Shown in pieces: positions 1-8,739 of a stretch of 64,000 bases of DNA. Position 1 is the stretch's first letter, and the number at the start of each line of letters is the position of its first letter. This stretch comes from an uncultured Treponemataceae bacterium (lineage in GTDB: Bacteria > Spirochaetota > Spirochaetia > Treponematales > Treponemataceae). The stretch spans positions 1,979-65,978 of the forward strand of contig CAYJPS010000002.1 of NCBI GenBank assembly GCA_964372135.1, read 5' to 3'. The translations under genes and the position numbers were made by a program. The notes beneath the pieces are model-generated. The model saw only the letters and a program-made list of their open reading frames with translations. It was not told the DNA's origin and searched no databases.

Positions 1-423
1 TATTTCATCAAAAAATTCATTATCTGCAAAGTTAACTTCTTGACCGCTTGATACCATTCCAATTTTATCACTGCCCATAATTGTAATATTATCATATCGA
101 TAATAACTTTCAATTACATTTAAATAATCAAGTATGTCACTTCTTTCATAGCCTAAAACTACAAGTGAGTAGGCAATACTTTTTATAGAAGCAATGTCTG
201 AGCTAATTTTATTACTTAAACTGAACTGTTGTTGGGAAGCTATTTCACTTAAAGTATTAAGTGCTGTCTTAGCCATACGCTCTCTAACGAGTGAGTTGTA
301 TTGAAATGCGCTAAAAGCTATATATGTACCAATGCAAAGTGAAGCAATTAAGACCGCTATCCGTCTACTATTTTGAGACCATTTGATTTTTGAATGTTGA
401 GCACCTAACTCTTTACTTCTCAT
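1..423 (-). CDS. partial CDS (N-terminal part only, continues past window start): membrane-anchored sensor-type protein
   Basis: The reverse-strand ATG at 421-423 opens a frame that stays open to position 1: MRSKELGAQHSKIKWSQNSRRIAVLIASLCIGTYIAFSAFQYNSLVRERMAKTALNTLSEI... It has a short basic tail, one hydrophobic helix and then an extracytoplasmic stretch like those preceding Cache-type sensor domains. It is absent from the ORF track because there is no stop in the window. Confidence 0.45.
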   Translation of the reverse strand, partial: MRSKELGAQHSKIKWSQNSRRIAVLIASLCIGTYIAFSAFQYNSLVRERMAKTALNTLSEIASQQQFSLSNKISSDIASIKSIAYSLVVLGYERSDILDYLNVIESYYRYDNITIMGSDKIGMVSSGQEVNFADNEFFDEI

Positions 424-486
424 CTATTATTATATACTACAATTATTAATGTATTGCGTCAAGTGTACAAACACAGGTAATTCTAT

Positions 487-585
487 TTTCATCCGAGAGT
501 GTGTCGCCACGGATATACAGGATAATGGTATTTGTTCCCTGTACATAACTAAAAACCAGCCGTTATATCCTGTTCATCTGTGGCT
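487..585. repeat. ~100-nt dispersed intergenic repeat (family 2), copy 1
   Basis: tttcatc..cggatatacaggata..gtaca..taaaaa..ttatatcctgttcatctgtggct recurs at 54000-54098. It contains the inverted pair acaggata / tatcctgt. Confidence 0.7.
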
Positions 586-737
586 TTATATGATTTATTT
601 TTCGGTTCTTTACAAAATTGAATTCTGTGATACAAACATACTATTTGATTTTGTTTTTTTAATGCACAAAAGCTTTTCACATTGGTTTACCACCTTAAAA
701 TAATCTTAAAAAAAAAGCTGTATTTTAAAAAAAAGTC

Positions 738-766
738 TTGAAAAAAATGTGTAAAATCATTAGAAT
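738..766 (+). promoter_or_regulatory. sigma70-type promoter positioned for a leaderless transcript of the 772 CDS
   Basis: TTGAAA (738-743), 17 nt, TAGAAT (761-766). The ATG at 772 begins 6 nt after the -10. There is no Shine-Dalgarno in the 5 intervening nt. Confidence 0.5.
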
Positions 767-771
767 ACCGT

Positions 772-2253
772 ATGTTAAATACTTTTAAGGATGCCCCTGG
801 AGAAATTGGGGGAAGAAAGGCCGTAATCCCGGCTTTGGTTATAGTAACCGTCTCATTAATTGCATCAAACTTCTTACCTGATAATCCCGCTGAGTTGGGT
901 TTTGCGGTTTGTATTCCTGCAATATTCTTAATTGTGTACATTTTTGTAACAAAAAGAATTATTGAAGCATTAGCATTGGCTTCCGCTGTTGGCCTTATCA
1001 TGACTACGGGCAGCGGTGTGTTAAGTGATTTCAGCACTGTATTATTAGAAACAATGATGTCAGAAGACATCGCTTGGCTAATAATTGTGTGTGGTCTCAT
1101 GGGCAGTATTATTTCTTTAATTGAAAGAGCTGGTGGTTCTTTTGCCTTTGGAAATTGGATTTCAAACCATGCAAAAACAAGAAAATCATCTTTAATGTGG
1201 ACATGGTTTCTTGGCATTGTAGTATTTATTGACGACTACCTAAACTCTTTGACTGTTGCTACATGTATGTCGCCTTTAACCGATAAACATAAAGTTCCCA
1301 GAGAAATGCTTGCTTATGTAGTAGACTCAACTGCAGCTCCACTTTGTGTGCTTATTCCGATATCAACTTGGGCCGTTTTTTGTGCGAGAATCTTAGAAGC
1401 AAATGGTTGGGCTCCAGCTGGTGAAGGTATTCTATATTTTATCCAAACTATTCCATACAATTTTTATGGATGGATTGCAGCTCTCGTAGTTCCGATGGTT
1501 ATACTTGGAATAATTCCACCAATTGGTCCTATGAAAAAAGCGGAGGAACGTGTAAAAAGTGGTGGTTCTCTGGCTCCAGCTGATTCAGAAAAGATTGATA
1601 TACGGGGAGGAAACAATGCTGTTGTTCACCCAAAAAACCCAAAAATTAGAAACTTCTTTGTGCCAATTGTAGTACTTGTTGCATCAACGTTAGTTTTTGA
1701 TGTTGATATGCAAATGGGTGTATTATTCACCATAGCATTTATGTTTGTCTTTTTCTTAGTGCAAAACATAATGACGGCAGATGAGTTTACTGATGTTGCA
1801 ATAAAAGGGTTTCAAAACATGTTGTTACCTCTCATGCTCATGGTTCTTGCTTTTGTATTTGCTGCAATGAATGAGCGAATTGGCTTTACTGAATTTGTTA
1901 TTAATGCAGCGCTGCCAATTATGACACCAGAATTAATGCCGTTCTTTATTTTCTTAATATTATCGGTAACAGAATTCATTACTGGAACGAACTGGGGCAT
2001 GTATATTATTGCACTTCCAATCACAATCCCATTAGCAATTGGGCTAGATGCAAATGTTACACTAGTTGTTGCATCTGTACTATCTGCAGGAGTTTTTGGA
2101 AGTCATATCTGTTTTTATTCAGATGCAACAGTGTTGTCATCTGCAGCATCAGGTTGTAACAACTTTGACCATGCAGCAAGTCAAGCCCCCTATGGTTTTA
2201 TTGCGGCAGCAATCAGTGCTGTTCTTTTCCTCATAGCAGGATTTATATTTTAG
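772..2253 (+). CDS. NhaC-family Na+/H+ antiporter-like membrane transporter
   Basis: 493-aa polytopic membrane protein. The stretch FIDDYLNSLTVATCMSPLTDKHKVPREMLAYVVDSTAAPLCVLIP is characteristic of the NhaC-type antiporter C-terminal domain family. Confidence 0.65.
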   Translation: MLNTFKDAPGEIGGRKAVIPALVIVTVSLIASNFLPDNPAELGFAVCIPAIFLIVYIFVTKRIIEALALASAVGLIMTTGSGVLSDFSTVLLETMMSEDIAWLIIVCGLMGSIISLIERAGGSFAFGNWISNHAKTRKSSLMWTWFLGIVVFIDDYLNSLTVATCMSPLTDKHKVPREMLAYVVDSTAAPLCVLIPISTWAVFCARILEANGWAPAGEGILYFIQTIPYNFYGWIAALVVPMVILGIIPPIGPMKKAEERVKSGGSLAPADSEKIDIRGGNNAVVHPKNPKIRNFFVPIVVLVASTLVFDVDMQMGVLFTIAFMFVFFLVQNIMTADEFTDVAIKGFQNMLLPLMLMVLAFVFAAMNERIGFTEFVINAALPIMTPELMPFFIFLILSVTEFITGTNWGMYIIALPITIPLAIGLDANVTLVVASVLSAGVFGSHICFYSDATVLSSAASGCNNFDHAASQAPYGFIAAAISAVLFLIAGFIF

Positions 2254-2272
2254 TTTATTTTAAGGATTAACA

Positions 2273-3472
2273 ATGGCTATTGAATTATCGTATGTACTTA
2301 TAACCCCGCATAGCATCGTAAAATCTCGTACGGGCGGAATAATTGCGCGTATTTTATCAAGAACTGATTTAGAATTAGTAAGTGCTCAAATATTTGCACC
2401 AGAAGAAAGCTTAGTAAAAGAATTTGCAGATTCTGTAGACGACTATGAACTATATGGCTTACCTCAAAAAAAAGCAAAGCTTTTCCAAGATTATATCTTA
2501 GAAAATCTTATGCCATCAGATGGAAGAAGACACAGAACAATGCTCCTTCTTTTTAAAGGTGAAGGCGCAAGAGAAAAAATTTATAAAATTTGCGGTGGTT
2601 TGTATGAAGTACGATACATTGACGAAGGAGAAACCGCTGGAGAAACAGTTCGTGACACTTATGCAGATATTATTTGGGCAGATAAAGAAAAGACAGTTGT
2701 AAAATACTTTGAGCCTGCAGTAATCGTTGCACGAACACCTAAAAGCATCGCATTTACCCTAAAAATGTTTAGTAAATATCTTAAAACGCAACCAAATATT
2801 GTTGAAAATATTAAGCACATTAATCCTGTAAACATAGAAAGAACACTAGTTATTATTAAACCGGATAACTGGAAGTTTGCATCTTCAAGACCAGGCTCAA
2901 TTATTGATATGTTTTCACGCACTGGTCTTAGAATTATTGGCTGTAAAATGTTTAGAATGTCAGTAGCACAAGCTTTAGAATTTTATGGACCAGTTAAAGA
3001 TGTTTTAATTGAAAAACTCTCAGAAACTATGGGCGAAAAAGCAATAAAAACACTTGAAAAACAATTTGATATGCGAATGACCAGTGAATCAAGAAAAGCT
3101 ATCTGCAGTAGCTTTGGTAAAGATTTTGCTGTTGACCAATTTGAAAGTATTGTTGAGTTTATGTCAGGTACAAAGCCTTCACACTGTCCTGAAAATGAAC
3201 TAGAAGATCCAGGAAAAGTTAAGTGTATGGTTCTTATTTACGAAGGTGAAAATGCTGTTGAACGAATTAGACAAGTACTTGGAGCAACAGATCCTACAAA
3301 AGCAGAAGGTGGTACTATTCGTAAAGAGTTTGGCTCAAACGTTATGGTAAACTCGGCTCATGCGTCAGATTCACAAGAAAACGCAAAGCGAGAAATGGAA
3401 ATAATACAAGTTGATTTAAACACCATGTCTTTACGCATTGATGAATACTATGAAGAGTATGGGGAAGAATAG
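2273..3472 (+). CDS. ndk: nucleoside-diphosphate kinase-like protein, long two-lobed form
   Basis: The C-terminal half carries NDK signatures: LVIIKPDN, GLRIIGCKMF, GATDPTKAEGGTIRKEFG and NSAHASD with the catalytic His. The N-terminal ~170 aa (YVLITPHSIVKSRTGGIIARIL...) looks like a second, degenerate NDK fold. AAGGA RBS lies 6 nt upstream. Confidence 0.65.
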   Translation: MAIELSYVLITPHSIVKSRTGGIIARILSRTDLELVSAQIFAPEESLVKEFADSVDDYELYGLPQKKAKLFQDYILENLMPSDGRRHRTMLLLFKGEGAREKIYKICGGLYEVRYIDEGETAGETVRDTYADIIWADKEKTVVKYFEPAVIVARTPKSIAFTLKMFSKYLKTQPNIVENIKHINPVNIERTLVIIKPDNWKFASSRPGSIIDMFSRTGLRIIGCKMFRMSVAQALEFYGPVKDVLIEKLSETMGEKAIKTLEKQFDMRMTSESRKAICSSFGKDFAVDQFESIVEFMSGTKPSHCPENELEDPGKVKCMVLIYEGENAVERIRQVLGATDPTKAEGGTIRKEFGSNVMVNSAHASDSQENAKREMEIIQVDLNTMSLRIDEYYEEYGEE

Positions 3473-3477
3473 GTAAA

Positions 3478-3510
3478 TAATTACGAATTACGAATGCCTA
3501 ATTACTAATG
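3478..3510. repeat. fragment of the heptamer-arm repeat (family 1), inverted orientation
   Basis: aattacgaattacgaatgcctaattactaatg is the reverse complement of the cattagg.attaggcatt..cgtaattcgtaatt arms seen at 39.9, 41.1-41.6, 43.0 and 45.6 kb. Confidence 0.55.
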
Positions 3511-3513
3511 TTA

Positions 3514-3551
3514 GAAGAGCAGTGAAATAATATTTCTACTGCTCTTTTTTT
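3514..3551 (+). terminator. rho-independent terminator after the ndk-like gene
   Basis: Stem gaagagcagt / actgctcttt with a 14-nt loop, followed by a T-run (ttttttt). Confidence 0.7.
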
Positions 3552-3600
3552 ATGTTCTTATTATTAAACTCATAACTCGTAATTAGTAACTATCTAAGCC

Positions 3601-3629
3601 TTGAACTTTTCCCTACTTATCTATATAAT
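3601..3629 (+). promoter_or_regulatory. sigma70-type promoter, leaderless serS
   Basis: TTGAAC (3601-3606), 17 nt, TATAAT (3624-3629). The serS ATG at 3636 is the 7th nt after the -10. No SD. Confidence 0.6.
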
Positions 3630-3635
3630 AAACTC

Positions 3636-4913
3636 ATGTTAGATTATCGTTTTATTAAAGAAAACCTCGATGAGGTAAAGAAAAATATTAAAAATCGGAA
3701 CATGGTTGCCGATGCTGATGCCGTTGTAACTCTTTTTGATAAAAGAGCCGAAGTTGTTACTGCTTTACAAGAAAAGCAAGCCAAAAGAAATGAAAATGCC
3801 AATGCAATGAAAGCAAAACTTTCAGACGATGAAAGACAAAAGCTTATTGCAGAAGGTAAAGCAATAAAAGAAGAGATTGCAAACCTTGAGGCTGAAGTTA
3901 CAAAGGTTGAAGAAGACTTAAAGCAAGCTGCACTAAAAATCCCGAACATGGCACATAAAGATGCGCCTATTGGTGTTGAAGATACAGACAATCCGCAAGT
4001 ACATGTTTGGGGAGATATTCCAAAGTTTACTTTTGAAGCAAAAGACCACGTTCAACTAGGACAAGACTTAGATATAATTGATTTTGACCGTGCTACAAAA
4101 GTTTCTGGAACAAAATTCTATTACCTAAAAAATGAAGCAGTGTTTTTAGAGCAAGCACTCATTATGTACACACTCAATGTACTCAGAAAGCACGGCTTTA
4201 TGCCCTTCACTACCCCAGACGTTGCACGTGAAGAAATTCTAGAAGGCATTGGTTTTAACCCTCGTGGAAACGAGTCCAATGTATACACACTAGAAGGTGA
4301 AAATGCTTGTTTAGTTGCAACTGCAGAAATCACCCTTGGAGGATACCACTCAAATGAAATACTCAAAAAAGAAACACTACCGTTAATGTACGGTGGTATT
4401 TCGCACTGTTTTAGAAGAGAAGCGGGTGCTTCTGGACAATTTTCTAAAGGATTGTATCGCGTACATCAATTTACGAAAGTAGAAATGTTTGTATATTGCC
4501 TTCCAGAACAATCAGATGAAATACATGAAAAGCTTAGAAATATTGAACAAGAAATTTTTGAAGGATTAAACATTCCATACCGTGTTGTAGACACATGTAC
4601 AGGCGACCTTGGCGCCCCAGCATACCGAAAATGGGATTTAGAAGCATGGATGCCTGGTAGAAACGGTGGCGAATGGGGAGAAGTGACATCTACTTCAAAC
4701 TGTACGGATTTTCAATCTCGAAGGCTAAATGTTCGCTACAAAGACGATGACGGAAAAAATAAGTTTGTACACATGCTTAACGGAACAGCTATTGCAATTT
4801 CAAGGGCTATTATTGCGGTGTTAGAAAACAACCAAAATGAAGACGGCTCTGTTACTATCCCAAAAGCACTTGTTCCGCTCTGTGGATTTGAAACAATTTC
4901 TGCAAAAAAATAA
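3636..4913 (+). CDS. serS: serine--tRNA ligase
   Basis: 425 aa with an N-terminal coiled-coil tRNA-binding arm and class II core motifs (HCFRREAGASG, GLYRVHQFTKVEMF, LNGTAIAISRAI). Confidence 0.95.
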   Translation: MLDYRFIKENLDEVKKNIKNRNMVADADAVVTLFDKRAEVVTALQEKQAKRNENANAMKAKLSDDERQKLIAEGKAIKEEIANLEAEVTKVEEDLKQAALKIPNMAHKDAPIGVEDTDNPQVHVWGDIPKFTFEAKDHVQLGQDLDIIDFDRATKVSGTKFYYLKNEAVFLEQALIMYTLNVLRKHGFMPFTTPDVAREEILEGIGFNPRGNESNVYTLEGENACLVATAEITLGGYHSNEILKKETLPLMYGGISHCFRREAGASGQFSKGLYRVHQFTKVEMFVYCLPEQSDEIHEKLRNIEQEIFEGLNIPYRVVDTCTGDLGAPAYRKWDLEAWMPGRNGGEWGEVTSTSNCTDFQSRRLNVRYKDDDGKNKFVHMLNGTAIAISRAIIAVLENNQNEDGSVTIPKALVPLCGFETISAKK

Positions 4914-4939
4914 GATAGCACAAAGGGGAGAATTCAGCT

Positions 4940-6082
4940 ATGATGGATCACGAGAAGATTACAAAACTAAAAAAGCAAATGAATTTTGCGAGACCTATAT
5001 TTTTACTTTTGTTTATTCTTGTGATAATTGTCCTTACAGCTGTTTTAAAAATAACGGCAACTGTTGTAATTCCAGCAACACTTGCAATTCTAATTTCATT
5101 AGTATTTGAGCCACTACTCTTAACACTAAATAAAAAATTTAAGATTCCATGGATACTGGGAATTGTCGTAATATTAGTTATTGTATTAGCGGCAGTGCTA
5201 GCATTTGGAAGCTTATTGGTATCAAGTTTACTGACAATTGTTGATTTATTTCCAAAATATGAGGAAAGATTCACCATTATTTATACCTCCCTTGCAGATT
5301 TTTTTAATCTCACTTTTAATGAAGATTTTACACTAATCGAAAACTTATGGAGCCAAGTTAGTATCCGACAGTCAATACAAAATTTTGCATTAAGTTTTTC
5401 AGGAAACCTTTTATCGTTTTTTACAAATGTTACCCTTGTCACACTCTTTGCAGTTTTCTTTTTAATGGAACTACGATTTTTGCGCAAAAAACTCGACATA
5501 ATGTTTGGCGATGAAAACAAGGAAAAAGTTACTGGTATAATAACAAATATTATTGAACAAACAATTCGATATATGTCAGTAAAGTTCTTTATTTCACTTG
5601 CCACTGGGGTTTTAGTATTTATAGGAACAATATTTATTGGATTAGATTTTCCTATAATTTGGGCGTTTATTGCTTTCGTATTAAATTTTATTCCTAATTT
5701 TGGATCAATATTTTCAGGTGTACTCACCACTGGATTTGCACTTATTCAGTTTTTTCCTGAACCTGGTCCTGTAATTGCTACGGCAATATTAATGCTAGGG
5801 GTAAACTTTGCTTTAGGAAACTTTTTAGAGCCAAGAGTGCAAGGACGACAATTAGGTTTGTCACCTTTTGTTATAATTGTATCGCTTTCATTTTGGGGAT
5901 GGCTGTGGGGTTTTACAGGATTAGTTCTTGGTGTGCCAATGATGGTTGTTCTAAAAATTATTTGCGAAAACTTCTCCACCCTACATCCAGTATCTGTATT
6001 CTTAGGCAACTACACGGAAGAAAAAGAACGTGTTGAAGAAATGATGGAAGACAGTGCTGAGGAAAAAAATGAAACCATGTAG
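4940..6082 (+). CDS. AI-2E family (PerM-like) transporter
   Basis: 380-aa multi-TM protein with the C-terminal signature NFLEPRVQGRQLGLSPFVIIVSLSFWGWLWGFTGLVLGVPMMVV. AGGGGAG RBS upstream. Confidence 0.85.
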   Translation: MMDHEKITKLKKQMNFARPIFLLLFILVIIVLTAVLKITATVVIPATLAILISLVFEPLLLTLNKKFKIPWILGIVVILVIVLAAVLAFGSLLVSSLLTIVDLFPKYEERFTIIYTSLADFFNLTFNEDFTLIENLWSQVSIRQSIQNFALSFSGNLLSFFTNVTLVTLFAVFFLMELRFLRKKLDIMFGDENKEKVTGIITNIIEQTIRYMSVKFFISLATGVLVFIGTIFIGLDFPIIWAFIAFVLNFIPNFGSIFSGVLTTGFALIQFFPEPGPVIATAILMLGVNFALGNFLEPRVQGRQLGLSPFVIIVSLSFWGWLWGFTGLVLGVPMMVVLKIICENFSTLHPVSVFLGNYTEEKERVEEMMEDSAEEKNETM

Positions 6083-6139
6083 AAAAGACACTAAAGCGAT
6101 TATTATATGCTAACCATAACAGACATAGCAAAAGAATTA

Positions 6140-6619
6140 TTACGTTTTATACGAATTTATTTTTGCTCGTGTTTCTTTTGCTAGCATCTGCGTTTGAAGG
6201 ACAAAGCTTCCCTTTACATTTCCTTGGGTCGGTGAGCTTATTTCAAAATTCAGCACTAAGCTGTATTTCTCGAGTTTTTCCCAAAAAAATACTCTTTTGA
6301 TAGGTTGTTCAATGCTCCATGATAAAAAACTGTCAAATGAGAACAACTGCTCCTTGGGTGCTTTTTTTTGATTTCCAACTTTAAAACCAAGTATAGTCGT
6401 TTCACTTGGACTAACATATATATGCAACCCTTTTTCACCAAAGGCTAAAATTGCCCATAAATCTTTTCTTCCAGGCGGAAGAATTATTCCCAAATAGTTA
6501 AAATATGTTTCACTTCCTTGAAAGCTAACCAACTCTATGGACGTTATGGTATCATTACATTTTTCTGATAGTTCTTGATAAAACTCTTTTTGTTCTTCTG
6601 TTAAGCGTACTTTACTCAT
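6140..6619 (-). CDS. hypothetical protein
   Basis: 159-aa ORF with no recognisable motif. A perfect TATAAT lies 6 nt upstream of the ATG (see next feature). Confidence 0.5.
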   Translation of the reverse strand: MSKVRLTEEQKEFYQELSEKCNDTITSIELVSFQGSETYFNYLGIILPPGRKDLWAILAFGEKGLHIYVSPSETTILGFKVGNQKKAPKEQLFSFDSFLSWSIEQPIKRVFFWEKLEKYSLVLNFEISSPTQGNVKGSFVLQTQMLAKETRAKINSYKT

Positions 6620-6625
6620 TTATTC

Positions 6626-6654
6626 ATTATACCGTAATAAGGCGTAAAAGAAAA
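6626..6654 (-). promoter_or_regulatory. sigma70-type promoter, leaderless 6619 CDS
   Basis: On the minus strand, TATAAT (6626-6631) sits 6 nt before the ATG (6619). The -35 is weak (TTTTCT) at 17-nt spacing. No SD. Confidence 0.45.
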
Positions 6655-6730
6655 GAGGATTATTTGTCATTGGCTGCATGTTTTTGTGAAAAAAAATTAA
6701 ATCAGAAAAAAACCAATCCCAAGATCGCTT

Positions 6731-7936
6731 TTATCTCAATTTTGCTCTATTAAAACTTTCATACAAAAAGCGCTTGTCTTCCTCTTGTACATTGGAAAAT
6801 GAGCAAATAGCGCACGAAGCCTTATAATCATTTGAATATATCTTTGAGACGGTTATGGTTACCATAATTGTTCGAACCATAGTTTCTAGAGGGATATGCA
6901 ACTTTAATGTATACTCTTGTCCTTCTAATAGCGGAAATTCAACGATTTCTGATTTCTTTATCGATGATAGTATATTTTTTTTTGCCGATGATGATGCGAG
7001 CACTATTTTTGTGTCTGTTATACACAAAATTGATAGATCACTTGTATGGTTTGAAAAAAGGCTGTATCGTTTATTTTCGTGTGCCAAATAATTACAAACA
7101 GGAAGTAATAAAAGTGTTTCAAGAACATCGCTAGGACTTATCTTACTCTTTTGAGACGAAAGAGACATTATAGAGTGCACATCTTTTTTTGGACTTTCGC
7201 AAAGTGGAATCAGAACCCTATGCCCACTATTGGTTATTTCTTCTTCAAGTTTTTTGGTAGAGAGTATTTCTCTATTATTACGCGTAATTGTTAAGGGATA
7301 CGGAAAGTGATTTTTTTCTGGTAAATGCCTATCAGGTAAATACATAACAAGCTTTGTTTTTTTTATTAACTCTTGTGTATATTCACTTAACTCAACACCT
7401 TCTAAATTTGCAATATTCTTTAGAAGAGGACGAGCACTATCAAAGTCTTTTTTTGAAAAATTCATCCAAAGCCTATTTTCGAACATTCGATAGCCCTTAA
7501 GTTGCATACACCGTGCATATATTCCTGAAATTCCTTCTCTAAAAATACTTGCACTAACCAAACTAGCATTATCAAAGCTTAAATCATTCATTTTATACAC
7601 TTGTGGAGGTAATGTCAGCGCATAACCGTTTTGTACTAAATTTAAAGTACTCACAAAAAAAAGGGCTCTTCCACGATGATAAAAACTAACAGTGAGTCGA
7701 ATATTTGCCTTTGCGTTATTGCGCAACAATGTATCAATCGGTTGCCATTGGGGCAAAAACCTCTTAAAAAATAATATTCCTTGTGGATATATTTTGTATT
7801 CAGTATTTTGTAAAGTCATAGACTCAACAGGTACACCTTTTTTTACAACAGGAGAAATCATAATTGGGCTTTTGTCCTGTATGAGTGTATTAAATACAAC
7901 GTCTCTTTCTACGCCTACTACTAAGCCATCACTCAT
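6731..7936 (-). CDS. hypothetical protein
   Basis: 401-aa ORF whose start overlaps the stop of the upstream lipoprotein gene by 8 nt (operon). No confident domain assignment. Confidence 0.5.
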   Translation of the reverse strand: MSDGLVVGVERDVVFNTLIQDKSPIMISPVVKKGVPVESMTLQNTEYKIYPQGILFFKRFLPQWQPIDTLLRNNAKANIRLTVSFYHRGRALFFVSTLNLVQNGYALTLPPQVYKMNDLSFDNASLVSASIFREGISGIYARCMQLKGYRMFENRLWMNFSKKDFDSARPLLKNIANLEGVELSEYTQELIKKTKLVMYLPDRHLPEKNHFPYPLTITRNNREILSTKKLEEEITNSGHRVLIPLCESPKKDVHSIMSLSSQKSKISPSDVLETLLLLPVCNYLAHENKRYSLFSNHTSDLSILCITDTKIVLASSSAKKNILSSIKKSEIVEFPLLEGQEYTLKLHIPLETMVRTIMVTITVSKIYSNDYKASCAICSFSNVQEEDKRFLYESFNRAKLR

Positions 7937-8558
7937 TTTTTACAGCCCCAATATCGAATTGCTCCACTTTATATGTATCTCCGTCTAATTCACAGTATAG
8001 AAAACAATTAGCATACCCATTTTCAAATACTAGTCGAATAGGTATTTCATACGCTCCACTTGGGTTATCAAACAAAAAGGCCTCCCCTATTACGTGACTA
8101 ACAATTACAGGGTATTCTCGCATTTCATATTGTATTATTGTCTTTAAATACAGCTGCTCTTCATTGAAAAAACTTGCATCAATGTTTTTAGTATTTAAAG
8201 AATCCAAAAAATCGAGTATAAATTGATACAGATGATTAGGAACAGAGCTAGTATCTAAGCTCGCAAACCCATCCAAGTATGGATACAAGGCTACATCTGC
8301 GTTTAGATGTTGGAAAAATAACGGTGCAATTTCCCCATTTTCAATAGTAATGCGAGATGTCGGCTCCCACGTATTATTTTCAATTTGAGCATTTTCTTCG
8401 GATCCGCCTTTACTTTCATCTACCCATTGTATAGAATTTTTAGTTTGTTCTACTGAAGAGCGAATTGAGTTATTTTCAGGTGTATCAGAGTATGTGGAAC
8501 CACTGTCATTTGAACATGAGAAAAAAAATAAAATAAAACTAAAAATAACATACATCAT
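7929..8558 (-). CDS. putative lipoprotein
   Basis: The N-terminus MMYVIFSFILFFFSCSNDSG has a hydrophobic signal ending in a lipobox-like FFSC. Confidence 0.55.
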   Translation of the reverse strand: MMYVIFSFILFFFSCSNDSGSTYSDTPENNSIRSSVEQTKNSIQWVDESKGGSEENAQIENNTWEPTSRITIENGEIAPLFFQHLNADVALYPYLDGFASLDTSSVPNHLYQFILDFLDSLNTKNIDASFFNEEQLYLKTIIQYEMREYPVIVSHVIGEAFLFDNPSGAYEIPIRLVFENGYANCFLYCELDGDTYKVEQFDIGAVKNE

Positions 8559-8739
8559 ACGAGAACACTTGCCCTATTTTCTTAAATCGAACATACATAA
8601 AATAACATTTATACATAAGAGTAATAGACATTTACTTAATTAATCGGTACAATAATAGTAATTAATACAAAAAAAATCAAGCAAGATTACCTTAACATTA
8701 TCGACACATTCCCTCTTTTGCTTGACTATGGAGGCATAC

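Noticed and set aside
449-703. 84-aa ORF between the partial sensor gene and the NhaC-like gene.
   Set aside because: It covers a dispersed repeat copy and the promoter region. It has no RBS and no recognisable protein features.
687-1217. Long antisense or out-of-frame ORFs inside well-supported genes. Examples: 687-1217, 3644-3991, 9345-9854, 16636-17025, 37466-37804, 38153-38527, 43667-44083, 52309-52665, 53386-53763.
   Set aside because: Each overlaps a gene with strong family motifs on the other strand or frame and has no motif or RBS of its own. These are typical shadow ORFs.
6731-7936. Possible PilZ-type c-di-GMP receptor, suggested by a beta-rich C-terminus and flagellar-genome context.
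   Set aside because: I could not find the RxxxR or D/NxSxxG motifs by eye, so it is left as hypothetical.
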